From: an uncultured Pelagibacteraceae bacterium
GTDB lineage: Bacteria > Pseudomonadota > Alphaproteobacteria > Pelagibacterales > Pelagibacteraceae
Assembly: GCA_902610755.1 (NCBI GenBank)
Contig: CACLWW010000005.1
Span: forward strand, 194-64,193
Length of the DNA: 64,000 nucleotides
Direction of reading: 5' to 3'
Position numbers and translations under genes: made by a program. This document shows, in pieces, positions 1 to 10,114 of the stretch. Every line of letters starts with the position of its first letter. Position 1 is the first letter of the stretch. Below the pieces are notes generated by a model. The model was not told the DNA's origin, ran no database searches, and saw nothing but the letters and a program-made list of their open reading frames with translations.

Positions 1-610
1 GGATATCTTCTAACAATTCTTTTGTCCAACATCCAGCCGCTGATACAATGGTGTTAGCCTTTATCTCTGATAAAGATTTTACTTCACCTTTTATAAACTC
101 AGCGCCTAGCTCGATTGCTTTACTTTTGAGTGCTCCATGAAACATAAATGGATCAATCCAGCCTTCACTTTTGTTATCTGTAAAAGTTGCTGTTTCAATG
201 CCTTCATTATTTATGTAAGGAAAGTATTGTTTTAAATCAGAACCTTTTATATTTTTTGTCCCTGCGTCGCATGCTTTATGATTTTCAAGAGCTTTATATT
301 GTTCTTCAGCATGTTCTGCTCCAAACATAAGCAAATATCCATTAGGCACCATGCTAGCAGTAGGTTTAGGATTTTTTTTTGTTTTTAAAAGTTCAGGTAT
401 TTGAAAAATAAATTCTCTAGCAAATTTCCCCAAAAGAATATTTTCTGTTTGAAAAAATTGTCTTCTAAAACCGCCTAATGATAAAGGGAAAGATGCTGTT
501 CTGTATGTTGGATCTCTTTCAATAACTTTTACTTTTCTTCCCTCTTTTGACAAGAAATAAGCTGTTGCAGCTCCTATTATACCACCACCAACTATAACAA
601 CATCATCCAT
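1..610 (-). CDS. FAD-dependent oxidoreductase, DAO/sarcosine-oxidase-like (FOXRED1-type); runs off the left edge
   Basis: Not in the ORF track. Read manually from ATG at 610: MDDVVIVGGGIIGAATAYFLSKEGRKVKVIERDPTYRTASFPLSLGGFRRQF, with a GxGxxG Rossmann motif and an SxxxSxGGxRxQF motif. Confidence 0.8.
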   Translation of the reverse strand, partial: MDDVVIVGGGIIGAATAYFLSKEGRKVKVIERDPTYRTASFPLSLGGFRRQFFQTENILLGKFAREFIFQIPELLKTKKNPKPTASMVPNGYLLMFGAEHAEEQYKALENHKACDAGTKNIKGSDLKQYFPYINNEGIETATFTDNKSEGWIDPFMFHGALKSKAIELGAEFIKGEVKSLSEIKANTIVSAAGCWTKELLEDI

Positions 611-611
611 A

Positions 612-1079
612 TTAATTTAATATTAACAAACTAAAATTTAGAATTAATGCATAACAACTCCAAAGTAAATAAGGAATCATTAAATAATAACTTACTTTGT
701 TTATATCTTTATATTTTAAAATTAAAACTATTATGAAAAAAATAATTACTAATAAATTTATAAGAGCAAAAAGAATATTGTGAAAAACAAAAAAAACTAT
801 ACTCCAAGTTGTATTAAAGCATAGATGAATAAAATAAATTAAAACAAGATTTATATTTTTATAATTTTTATGCCACGCTGCCCATATTGCTATCGTCATG
901 AATAAATATAATGTAGTCCATACAGGGGCAAAGACCCAATCTGGTGGGGTTAAAAATGATTTATTTAAACCTGAGTACCATGGTTCTTTGTAAGAAATTG
1001 TCGCTATACTACCGATAAAAGACGCTGAATATGTAACTATTGCAAATAGAAGAAAAGATATAAATTTATTTTTAAGCAT
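612..1079 (-). CDS. tspO: TspO/MBR tryptophan-rich sensory protein
   Basis: WYxxLxKxxxxPPxWVFAPVWTxLY and LMIPYLLW motifs, 5 TM segments; start uncertain (1079-1097). Confidence 0.9.
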   Translation of the reverse strand: MLKNKFISFLLFAIVTYSASFIGSIATISYKEPWYSGLNKSFLTPPDWVFAPVWTTLYLFMTIAIWAAWHKNYKNINLVLIYFIHLCFNTTWSIVFFVFHNILFALINLLVIIFFIIVLILKYKDINKVSYYLMIPYLLWSCYALILNFSLLILN

Positions 1080-1103
1080 AATCATATTATACATCAATCT
1101 TAT

Positions 1104-1862
1104 ATGAATAATAAAACAATTTGGATCACAGGAGCTAGCAGTGGTATAGGAAAGTCCTTAGCGCTTAAATTTGCTCAAGAAGGATGGAAAGTTGCTATTT
1201 CCGCAAGAAGAGAAAATTTATTAGATGAAATATCTAAATCTAATGAAAATATTATTGCTTTTCCTTTAGACGTTACTGACAATGAAAAATGTAAAAGTGT
1301 ATTCTCGCAAGTAAAAGAACGACTTGGAGAAGTTGATATCTCTGTTTTCTGCACAGGGATTCATGATCCAAAATCTGAAAAAACATTAAATCTTGAAAAA
1401 GTAAGAAAAATTATGGAGGTAAATTTTTTTGGAACAGTTAATTCAATTAATGCAGTTTATGAATATTATAAAAGTAAAAAGGCGGGTCAAATATCTATAG
1501 TATCTTCTGTAGCAGGTTATAGAGGTCTTCCTGCAGCAGGAGCTTATTGTGCATCTAAATCAGCTTTATCTAGTTTTGCTGAAAGTTTATATTTTGACCT
1601 CAAGAGAAGTAACGTGAGAGTATCTCTTGTAAGTCCTGGATTTATCAAAACCCCTATGACAGATCAAAATGATTTTCCAATGCCAATGATTAAATCACCT
1701 GAGTTTGCTGCAGAGCAAATGTTTAAGGGACTTACAAAAAGTAAAGGTTTTGAAATTCATTTTCCTAAGTCTTTCACGACAATTATGAAGTTTCTTAAGG
1801 TAATTCCAAATGGTTTATATTTTAAGATTCTTGAAAAAGGGATGAAGCGAATTAAAGATTAG
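1104..1862 (+). CDS. SDR family NAD(P)-dependent oxidoreductase
   Basis: TGASSGIG, YxxSK, PGFIKTPMT. Confidence 0.9.
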   Translation: MNNKTIWITGASSGIGKSLALKFAQEGWKVAISARRENLLDEISKSNENIIAFPLDVTDNEKCKSVFSQVKERLGEVDISVFCTGIHDPKSEKTLNLEKVRKIMEVNFFGTVNSINAVYEYYKSKKAGQISIVSSVAGYRGLPAAGAYCASKSALSSFAESLYFDLKRSNVRVSLVSPGFIKTPMTDQNDFPMPMIKSPEFAAEQMFKGLTKSKGFEIHFPKSFTTIMKFLKVIPNGLYFKILEKGMKRIKD

Positions 1863-2401
1863 TCCCTCATAAAAAATACAGTAAGTTCTCCAACTTTAAA
1901 TCCAAATTTAGTAAGCGTTGCACGATTAATTGCAACTTTTTCGTCTTGTTTGAATATCCAGTCATCAAATGAAATTTTGATATTTTTATTTTTAAAAGGC
2001 ACCATTAAATCGTATTTAAATTTAAACGCTGATCCGTATTGAACACCTGTAGCCTCTCCCACTACATCTGGAGCAGTACCAACATAGTTATTGTCATCAA
2101 TTTTTTTTATTTTCCACGTTCTCTTTTGTTTTTCACCATCAGTCCAGTAAAAATCTTCATCTAAAGTGATAACATTATCTTTAAAGGATCCAACTAAGTC
2201 TGCTTTAAATTGTCTTGTAACTTTGCCGCTTCGGTCTTGTAAAATTCCCCATGCTTTAACTTTGCCATCAAAATATTCTTCAATCAAAAGAGTTGGCTCT
2301 GTGTTTTTAAAGTCTTCTGGTTTCATATTATTAGAACAGCTTGTAACTAAAGCTAAAGTAATTATCAACAAAATTGAATTTACTATTTTCATTTTTATCA
2401 T
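1859..2401 (-). CDS. DUF3833 family lipoprotein
   Basis: Lipobox LVTSC; EEYFDGKVKAWG, FDDWIF, NRATLTKFG; usual neighbour of cfa/DUF1365. Confidence 0.85.
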   Translation of the reverse strand: MIKMKIVNSILLIITLALVTSCSNNMKPEDFKNTEPTLLIEEYFDGKVKAWGILQDRSGKVTRQFKADLVGSFKDNVITLDEDFYWTDGEKQKRTWKIKKIDDNNYVGTAPDVVGEATGVQYGSAFKFKYDLMVPFKNKNIKISFDDWIFKQDEKVAINRATLTKFGFKVGELTVFFMRD

Positions 2402-3573
2402 GCTTTATTAGTTAAAGAAAATTGAATTAAATCAATATTTTTAGATTTAAATCCTGCTTCGCAATAAGATAAATAGAAATTCCACATTCTTTTAAAAGTA
2501 TTATCAAAACCTTGATCTGAAATTTCTTCCCATCTTTCTGAAAACTTGTCTCTCCAAATTTTCAACGTATTGCTGTAGTGTAAGCCATAAGAATTGCATT
2601 GATCAAAATTTAATCCAGTTTTTTCTACATAATCTAATATTGACTTCTTAGATGGCAAAAAGCCTCCAGGGAAAATATATTTTTGAATGAAATCTTCTTT
2701 CCTTTTGTATCTATTATACAAATTATCGTCTATTGTGATTGCTTGAATTGCAGCTTTGCCGCCGGGTACCAAATTTTTCTTAATTGTTTGAAAGTAATTT
2801 TTAAGATAATCTTTGCCTACAGCTTCTATCATCTCTATTGAAGCTATAGAATTATAATTTTGTTTTACATCTCTATAATCTTTCATTTGAATATTAATTT
2901 TTTCGTTAAGGCCAGCATCATGAATACGTTTTTTGGCAAATTCATATTGTTTTTTTGATATGGTGATGCAATCAAGATTAACATCATGGTTTTTTCCGAT
3001 ATATTCTGCAAATCCTCCCCAGCCACATCCGATTTCTAGTAGTTTGTCACCTGACTTTGGCTTAAGTAAATTTGAAAGTTTTTTATATTTATTTATTTGT
3101 GCTTCGTATAAATTTGATTTCTCATTTTCAAAAATTGCACTTGAATAAGTTAGTGTATCATCAAGCCATAAAGAAAAGAATTCATTTCCAAGATCATAGT
3201 GTTTTGAAATATGTTCTTTACTTTTTGTTTTAGTGTTTCGATTAATGAATTTTTTAAAATAATTTAAATATGTTAAATCAAGTACTCCAGAGAATTTATG
3301 AACTAGTTTTATATTCTTGGCGCTTAATTCAATTAACTTAGATAAATCATCTGTTTCAAAATCCCCTCTCATATAAGACTCTGCTAGACCGACGCTACCT
3401 TTTGAAATTATATTTTTTGAAAAATCTGGCTTATTAATTTTAATGCTTACCTCTAAATTACTGTCGTTTCCAAACTGCAATTTTTTGTTTTGGAAAGTTG
3501 TAACATTTAGCTTACCGTATTTTATTAACTTTAAACCAGAAAAGACGATTTTGTCTGAAATTTTATTTATCAT
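2398..3573 (-). CDS. cfa: Cfa-family SAM-dependent fatty acyl methyltransferase (UfaM/CfaS-like)
   Basis: HYDLGNEFF, TYSSA, LEIGCGWGG, SIEMIEAVG, FIQKYIFPGG, YLSYCEAGF. Confidence 0.9.
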   Translation of the reverse strand: MINKISDKIVFSGLKLIKYGKLNVTTFQNKKLQFGNDSNLEVSIKINKPDFSKNIISKGSVGLAESYMRGDFETDDLSKLIELSAKNIKLVHKFSGVLDLTYLNYFKKFINRNTKTKSKEHISKHYDLGNEFFSLWLDDTLTYSSAIFENEKSNLYEAQINKYKKLSNLLKPKSGDKLLEIGCGWGGFAEYIGKNHDVNLDCITISKKQYEFAKKRIHDAGLNEKINIQMKDYRDVKQNYNSIASIEMIEAVGKDYLKNYFQTIKKNLVPGGKAAIQAITIDDNLYNRYKRKEDFIQKYIFPGGFLPSKKSILDYVEKTGLNFDQCNSYGLHYSNTLKIWRDKFSERWEEISDQGFDNTFKRMWNFYLSYCEAGFKSKNIDLIQFSLTNKA

Positions 3574-4340
3574 TAGTTTTCAAAAGTCGTATTATTTTTT
3601 ATTTTAATATTTTTTTTGATCAATTTAACGCCTTTGATCCACAATTTTAATGCTTCAAAATGTATAGCTGATATTACTTTAAAACTCATTAGAGGGTGCT
3701 TTAGATAGCAGAACAATAAGTTTTTTAAGGTTAAATCATGCCTAATTCCATCCTGGGATGCAAACAGAAGCTTACCTTCCTCATCTCTTTGATCAATGAT
3801 TACAGATAATTTTTCATTAGGTAATAATACTTTAAAGAAATATTCTGATTGAAGGTCCATGAAGGGAGATACGAAAAACTTCTTTTTGCAATCATTTTTA
3901 ATTTGTGGTAATGAATTTTTAACTTCAAATATATAGGTGTGTTGTTCTCCGAATGTATTTTTTACTTCATAAAAAATTGCAATTGGTTCACCAATTTTAT
4001 TATAAATGAAAAAAATGCTTAGTGGATTGAAAACATATCCAAAAATTCTAGGGTAACAAAGTATTTTAATCTTAATATCTTCTGAAGTAATTCCTTTTTC
4101 TTTTAATTTTTTTCCTACCCATATTCCTAAATCAGAACCATCTCTCTCACCATGGTCCTTATCAAAAAAACTTAGAACATTAAATTTATTGTAAGAAAAA
4201 AATGGAATTTTTTTATCTATAAGTCTTATTTCGTTAAGATCGATTAATAAAGAGAATACACTGTATTTAAAAAAATGTTCTTTTGGTTTAAATCTTTTAT
4301 GAATGACTTCACCCGTATATATAAATGAATTTTCAATCAT
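3573..4340 (-). CDS. DUF1365 family protein (UfaO-like)
   Basis: HxRFKPxxHxF, PRIFGYVFNPLS, YEVKNTFGEQH, KxFFVSPFM, IHFEALKLW. Confidence 0.9.
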   Translation of the reverse strand: MIENSFIYTGEVIHKRFKPKEHFFKYSVFSLLIDLNEIRLIDKKIPFFSYNKFNVLSFFDKDHGERDGSDLGIWVGKKLKEKGITSEDIKIKILCYPRIFGYVFNPLSIFFIYNKIGEPIAIFYEVKNTFGEQHTYIFEVKNSLPQIKNDCKKKFFVSPFMDLQSEYFFKVLLPNEKLSVIIDQRDEEGKLLFASQDGIRHDLTLKNLLFCYLKHPLMSFKVISAIHFEALKLWIKGVKLIKKNIKIKNNTTFEN

Positions 4341-5574
4341 TAATAAATTTAAGCATATTTAATGTTGATTTGATACCGTCTTCATGAAAACCATAACCAT
4401 GATAACTTCCACAAAACAATATATTTTGTTTATTTTGTAATAAATCTAATTTTTTTTGATTTTTTAAAGTATCATGATCATAATAGGGATGACTAAATTG
4501 AATTTTATCAATAATGAGTTTTTCATCAATATTGAAATGAGGATTTAAAGTTAAAAAGATATTTTTTTCTATATTTAAATTCTGTAATAAATTTAACCAG
4601 TAAGTAACTGAACTATCATTATTTTCTGATACAAAAGTATTCCATGCGCTCCAATTAATCTTTTTTTTTGGCATAACAGTTTCATCAAAATGAATTACTG
4701 CTAAGTTTTTCTTGTATTTAAAGTTACACAAAATACTTTTTTCATCATCAGAGGGCTCATCGATTATTGATAAAGCTTCATCTGCATGTGTAGCAATCAC
4801 AACTTTATCGTATTCAAAATATTCGCTTTCCCCTCCATAAAAGACGCGCGCAGAGTTACTAGATCTTGTAACTTTATTAATTTTATAATTTTTAAAGTGC
4901 TCCCCACTAATTTTTTTTATTACTTCGTTTACATATTCAATACTTCTATTTTTCACAGTGTACCATTGAGGTCTGTTTTTTAACTTGAATAATCCATGAT
5001 TTTGAAAAAACTTTAAAAAAAACTTAATAGGCATATTTTTTGCATTATCAGGTGGCATTGACCATATAGCTGATACCATTGGTAAAATGTGATAATTAAT
5101 AAAAAAATCTGACATTTTTTCTTTTTGAAGAAATGTTCCAAGATTTAAATTTTCATCTATATCATTCAATTTAGAACTCTTGTTATAAAACTTGATAATC
5201 TCATAAAACATTTTTAGAAAATTTAGATCAAATAAATTTTTTTTATAAGAAAATATACCTCGGACTCCTTTACCGCTATATTCTAAATTCTTTTCTTTTA
5301 CCAAAAATGACAAACTCATATTACTTTTTTCAATCTCTATTCCAATCTCACTAAAAAAATTAATCAAGTTTGGATAGGTATGTTTGTTAAAAACTATAAA
5401 TCCAATATCTGTACGGATCTTTTTTTTACTTTGAATGTCGGTTGAAATTTCCAATGTATGAGAATGTCCACCAAATCGATCTTCCTTTTCGAAAAGATCA
5501 ACTTTATGTTTTTTTGATAAATAATATGCTGCACTTAATCCAGAAATTCCTGACCCAATTACAGCAATTTTCAT
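4333..5574 (-). CDS. FAD-dependent oxidoreductase, amine-oxidase family (UfaD-like)
   Basis: IAVIGSGISGL, RFGGHSHT, DIGFIVFN..TYPN, GYGFHEDG. Confidence 0.88.
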   Translation of the reverse strand: MKIAVIGSGISGLSAAYYLSKKHKVDLFEKEDRFGGHSHTLEISTDIQSKKKIRTDIGFIVFNKHTYPNLINFFSEIGIEIEKSNMSLSFLVKEKNLEYSGKGVRGIFSYKKNLFDLNFLKMFYEIIKFYNKSSKLNDIDENLNLGTFLQKEKMSDFFINYHILPMVSAIWSMPPDNAKNMPIKFFLKFFQNHGLFKLKNRPQWYTVKNRSIEYVNEVIKKISGEHFKNYKINKVTRSSNSARVFYGGESEYFEYDKVVIATHADEALSIIDEPSDDEKSILCNFKYKKNLAVIHFDETVMPKKKINWSAWNTFVSENNDSSVTYWLNLLQNLNIEKNIFLTLNPHFNIDEKLIIDKIQFSHPYYDHDTLKNQKKLDLLQNKQNILFCGSYHGYGFHEDGIKSTLNMLKFIND

Positions 5575-5580
5575 TAAATT

Positions 5581-8451
5581 TTAAGCTGCATCTTCTTTAA
5601 ATTCGTCAATACTTGGACAAGTGCAGAATATATTTTTATCTCCGTAAACATTATCAACTCTAGCAACAGGAGGCCAAAATTTATTTGTTTTTAAATATTT
5701 AGATGGATAAGCTGCTTCTTCTCTTGAGTATTTGTGTTTCCATTCGTCAGAAGACAGTTCAAGATCAGTATGAGGTGCGTTCTTGATTGGATTATCTACT
5801 TTATCAAACTCGCTGGACTTAATCTTATCGATTTCTTTTTTAATCTTAATTAAAGTTTCACAAAATCTGTCTATTTCTGTAAGGCTTTCACTTTCAGTTG
5901 GTTCTATCATCATTGTGCCAGCAACAGGCCAGGACATAGTTGGTGCATGAAAACCATAATCAATTAATCTTTTCGCAATATCTTCCTCCGTTATTCCTGT
6001 TTCTGATTTAATTTTTCTAATATCAATAATACATTCGTGTGCCACATTGCCATTTGACCCTTTGTACAAAATCGGAAAGTGATCTTTTAATCTATGAGCT
6101 ATATAATTTGCATTCAATATTGCAACTTGGGTAGCAAGCTTTAATCCAGTTGATCCCATCATTTTAATATACATCCAAGAAATTGATAAAATGCTTGAAC
6201 TTCCCCAAGGGGCAGCAGAAACTGCTCCAATTCCAGAAGTTGGCCCACAATCTTTTATTACTGGGTGGTTGGGCAAGTAAACTTGTAAATGTCTTTTACA
6301 AGCAATTGGTCCCATTCCAGGTCCTCCCCCACCATGAGGAATACAAAACGTTTTATGTAAATTAATATGACAAACGTCTGGACCAAAATTTCCTGGTTTA
6401 GCAATTCCCACTAACGCATTTAGATTTGCACCATCCATATAAACCTGACCACCATGTTTATGAACTAACTCACAAATATCTGATATTTTTTCTTCGAAAA
6501 CTCCATGAGTGGATGGGTAAGTTACCATTAATGCCCCAAGGTTTTCAGAATGTTGCTCTGCTTTTTTCTTTAAGTCATCGAAATCAACATTTCCTTCTTT
6601 ATCACAATTAACAACAACAACTTTCATTCCAGTCATTTGTGCACTTGCCGGATTAGTACCGTGTGCTGAACTTGGAATTAAACATATGTTTCTATTGGCC
6701 TCATCCCTATCTAAATGATACTTTCGTATAACCATTAATCCCGCATATTCACCTTGAGCACCTGCATTAGGTTGAAGAGAAACACCCGAGAAACCAGTTA
6801 TGGAACGCAACCAATTTTTTAGATCAGTAAATAGATCTCTGAATCCCTCCATTTGTTCAATTGGGACAAATGGATGAGGTTCTGCAAACTCTTTCCATGA
6901 AATTGGGATCATCTCAGCGGCAGCATTTAGCTTCATTGTGCATGAACCAAGTGCAATCATTGTTCTATTCAATGCTATATCCTTATCTTCTAATCTTTTT
7001 AAGTATCTCAACATTTCAGTTTCAGAATGGTATGAGTTGAAAACTGGATGTTCTAAATATTTTGAGGTTCTCAATAAGTTTTTTGGAAGATTAGGTAAAC
7101 TTACTGAAGGATCCTCTTTTTTAATTGATTCTGCTGCGTTAAAAATTTTTAACAGTTGATTTACTCTATAAACATTCTTTCTTTCATCAAAAGAAACTGC
7201 AAGCATTTCAGAATTTACTTTACGTATATTAACTTTTTGATTTAAAGCATTTTTATAAATTTGATCAGTTTTTTCTTTAGTAATGATTGTGACAGTATCA
7301 AAAAAATAATTAGAATAAAGTTCATATCCAGACTGTTTTATTTTATCGGCAAAACTTTTTGCTAATTGTGAGACTCTTTCAGAAATATTCTTAATTCCAT
7401 CTGGGCCATGATAAATAGAATAAGCTGCTGATACAATTGCTAATAGAGCTTGGGCGGTGCAAATGTTGCTTGTCGCCTTGTCTCTTCTGATATGTTGCTC
7501 TCTAGTTTGCAAGGACAATCTGTATGCCTTGTTGCCGTGTCTATCAACTGACACACCGACAATTCTTCCTGGCATTGATCTTTTGTACTCATCTTTTGTT
7601 GCAAAAAAAGCTGCGTGTGGACCTCCATATCCCATTGGGATACCAAATCTTTGTGAGCTTCCAACTGCTATGTCAGCACCAAGTTCTCTTGGTGTTTTTA
7701 ATTTTGCTAATGCTAGCAAATCACAAGCTAATACAGACTTACCATTCTTTTTATGAATTTTGCTAATTGCTTCACTTGGGTCTTTAATATCTCCTAAAGT
7801 TCCAGGATATTGTAAAATTCCACAAACTAAATCCTCTTTTAACTGGTCTAGAACCTCATCTTCTTTACCAACCAATACTTTTAAACCCAACGGTTCAGCT
7901 CTAGTTTGAATTACATTTATTGTTTGAGGATGACAATCCTCAGATACAAAAACTAAATTACTATCTTTTTTGTTCAATCTGTGACTTAAGCCCATAGCCT
8001 CCGCTGCTGCTGTACCCTCATCTAATAAAGAGGCATTAGCTATATCCATTCCAGTAAAATCAACAATCATTTGTTGAAAATTTAATAACATCTCAAGTCT
8101 TCCTTGAGCTACTTCTGGCTGATAAGGTGTATATGAAGTATACCAACCTGGATTTTCTAATATATTTCTTAAAATTACATAAGGTGTATAAGTTCCATAA
8201 TAACCCATACCAATAAAATTAGAGTAAACTTGATTTTTTTTTGATATTGCTCTTAATTTTCTCAAAGCTTCATATTCTGAATTTGACTCACCAATATTTA
8301 ATTCACCTTTAAACTTTATTTTTTCTGGTACTGTGCTGTCAATTAAATCATCTAGTGATTTATAATTTAATTCTTTTAACATTTTTGATTGATCTTCTTT
8401 AGAAGGTCCAATGTGTCTCTTTAAAAAATCTTTTTCTGAATTTGGTAACAT
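5581..8451 (-). CDS. gcvP: Glycine dehydrogenase (decarboxylating), GCS P protein
   Basis: RHIGP, YTPYQPEVAQGRLE, HINLHKTFCIPHGGGGPG; 956 aa. Confidence 0.98.
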   Translation of the reverse strand: MLPNSEKDFLKRHIGPSKEDQSKMLKELNYKSLDDLIDSTVPEKIKFKGELNIGESNSEYEALRKLRAISKKNQVYSNFIGMGYYGTYTPYVILRNILENPGWYTSYTPYQPEVAQGRLEMLLNFQQMIVDFTGMDIANASLLDEGTAAAEAMGLSHRLNKKDSNLVFVSEDCHPQTINVIQTRAEPLGLKVLVGKEDEVLDQLKEDLVCGILQYPGTLGDIKDPSEAISKIHKKNGKSVLACDLLALAKLKTPRELGADIAVGSSQRFGIPMGYGGPHAAFFATKDEYKRSMPGRIVGVSVDRHGNKAYRLSLQTREQHIRRDKATSNICTAQALLAIVSAAYSIYHGPDGIKNISERVSQLAKSFADKIKQSGYELYSNYFFDTVTIITKEKTDQIYKNALNQKVNIRKVNSEMLAVSFDERKNVYRVNQLLKIFNAAESIKKEDPSVSLPNLPKNLLRTSKYLEHPVFNSYHSETEMLRYLKRLEDKDIALNRTMIALGSCTMKLNAAAEMIPISWKEFAEPHPFVPIEQMEGFRDLFTDLKNWLRSITGFSGVSLQPNAGAQGEYAGLMVIRKYHLDRDEANRNICLIPSSAHGTNPASAQMTGMKVVVVNCDKEGNVDFDDLKKKAEQHSENLGALMVTYPSTHGVFEEKISDICELVHKHGGQVYMDGANLNALVGIAKPGNFGPDVCHINLHKTFCIPHGGGGPGMGPIACKRHLQVYLPNHPVIKDCGPTSGIGAVSAAPWGSSSILSISWMYIKMMGSTGLKLATQVAILNANYIAHRLKDHFPILYKGSNGNVAHECIIDIRKIKSETGITEEDIAKRLIDYGFHAPTMSWPVAGTMMIEPTESESLTEIDRFCETLIKIKKEIDKIKSSEFDKVDNPIKNAPHTDLELSSDEWKHKYSREEAAYPSKYLKTNKFWPPVARVDNVYGDKNIFCTCPSIDEFKEDAA

Positions 8452-8831
8452 TATGCTGATGTCTCCTTTGCAAATTTATCGTACTCTTCTTTATTCATAA
8501 GAGTATCAAGTTCTGATTTATCTTTTAACTTTAATTTAAAAAACCATGCTCCACCTTCTGGGTCAGCATTGATTTTTGATGGATCGTCAACAATTGATTG
8601 ATTAATTTCTACAACTTCACCACTTACTGGCGTATAGACATCACTTGCAGCTTTTGTGGACTCTACCACTCCCGCAGTTCCATCTTTTTCAACATTAGAT
8701 CCTTTCTCAGGTAATTCAGCAAAAACTATGTCGCCTAACATTTCAGTTGCATGTTTTGTAATTCCAATAGTTCCTACTTCTCCATCTAGTGTAATCCATT
8801 CATGTTCTTTTGAAAATTTTGTATTAGACAT
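8451..8831 (-). CDS. gcvH: Glycine cleavage system H protein
   Basis: [15 protein letters not shown] (lipoyl-Lys). Confidence 0.97.
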   Translation of the reverse strand: MSNTKFSKEHEWITLDGEVGTIGITKHATEMLGDIVFAELPEKGSNVEKDGTAGVVESTKAASDVYTPVSGEVVEINQSIVDDPSKINADPEGGAWFFKLKLKDKSELDTLMNKEEYDKFAKETSA

Positions 8832-9924
8832 TAGCTTCTCCTTTCACATAACTTTTTTTATAAAATGGCAAATCACAAACATTGGCAGGCACTTTTTTTC
8901 CTCTTACTTCTAAGTAAACTTTTGTATCTTTTTTAGAATGAGAATTTGAAATATAGCCCATTGCGATTGAAGCATTAACGCTTGGTCCAAATGTTCCGCT
9001 AGTGACTTTTCCAATCTCATTGTCTTTTTCATCAAAAATTTTCGTTGACTCTCTTGCTATAACTCTAGTCTCTGGTTTGATACCAACTCTTAATTTTGAC
9101 ACGCCTTCTTCGATTTGTTTTTTTATTTGATGTGATCCTATAAAGTTATCATTTATTCTATTTTTTGAAATTGCCCACTTTAAATTTGCTTCAACTGGAC
9201 TGGTATTTTCGTTTATGTCATGACCGTACAAGCATAAACCTGCTTCTAATCTTAAAGTATCTCTTGCACCCAACCCAATTAAAGTTGACCCTTTAGAAAT
9301 TAACTCTTCTACAAAAGAGATTGCGACTTTATTAGGTAATGATATTTCAAATCCATCTTCACCTGTATATCCAGATCTTGTAATATAGATTTCATTATTT
9401 TTAAAAGTAAAATTTTCTCCGTTCATAAACTTTAATTTTGATACATTTGAAACTACATTTTCAAGAATTGTTTTAGACTCTGGACCTTGTATCGCTACAA
9501 GAGACAAATTATTGTTCATGTCCAAATTTTGATCATCCAATGTATTTTTAATAATCTGAAGATCGTTTTGTTTACAAGCGGCATTTAAAATAATCATGTA
9601 CTGATCTTTCATTCTTGTGATGATGAGATCATCATAAATTCCCCCATTCTCTTTCATTAAAAACGAATACTTGCTTTGATTAATTTTTAAATTTTTAAGA
9701 TCAGTTGGTAAAATTTCTTGGAGTTTGTCTGTTATATCGTTACTGTATTTAATAAATAACTGCCCCATATGGGAAACATCGAAAATTCCGGATTTATTTC
9801 TTGTAATATTATGCTCTTTTACAATTCCCTCAGAGTATTGTATCGGCATACTATAGCCAGCAAACTCAACAAACTTAGCGTTGTACTTTTTATGTAATTC
9901 GTATAGTGCAGTTTTTTTTATCAT
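8824..9924 (-). CDS. gcvT: Glycine cleavage system aminomethyltransferase T
   Basis: [33 protein letters not shown]. Confidence 0.97.
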   Translation of the reverse strand: MIKKTALYELHKKYNAKFVEFAGYSMPIQYSEGIVKEHNITRNKSGIFDVSHMGQLFIKYSNDITDKLQEILPTDLKNLKINQSKYSFLMKENGGIYDDLIITRMKDQYMIILNAACKQNDLQIIKNTLDDQNLDMNNNLSLVAIQGPESKTILENVVSNVSKLKFMNGENFTFKNNEIYITRSGYTGEDGFEISLPNKVAISFVEELISKGSTLIGLGARDTLRLEAGLCLYGHDINENTSPVEANLKWAISKNRINDNFIGSHQIKKQIEEGVSKLRVGIKPETRVIARESTKIFDEKDNEIGKVTSGTFGPSVNASIAMGYISNSHSKKDTKVYLEVRGKKVPANVCDLPFYKKSYVKGEANV

Positions 9925-9937
9925 ATTAACTCTCTAA

Positions 9938-10082
9938 CCCCCTCTGTCGTGGTGCCTGAGAGATTTTAGCTCCTTCGGCGAGAATTTGTCTCTTTCCAGA
10001 GTTAATATGTACGGTCCTTTTGCCTGAGAGTTTCCGGGGTGGTTGCTCCTTCGGCGCTACTTAATGTAGTCTCTCCCGTGAC
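9938..10082 (-). promoter_or_regulatory. Tandem (two-aptamer) glycine riboswitch upstream of gcvT
   Basis: Minus strand reads GGGAGAGA..CGCCGAAGGAGCAA..AACTCTCAGGCAAAAGGACCGT, then CTCTGGAAAGAG..CGCCGAAGGAGC..TCTCTCAGGCACCACGACAGAGG; both carry the glycine aptamer core motifs. Confidence 0.95.
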
Positions 10083-10114
10083 TAATTATATTAGCATATT
10101 TTTGACAATCGTCA

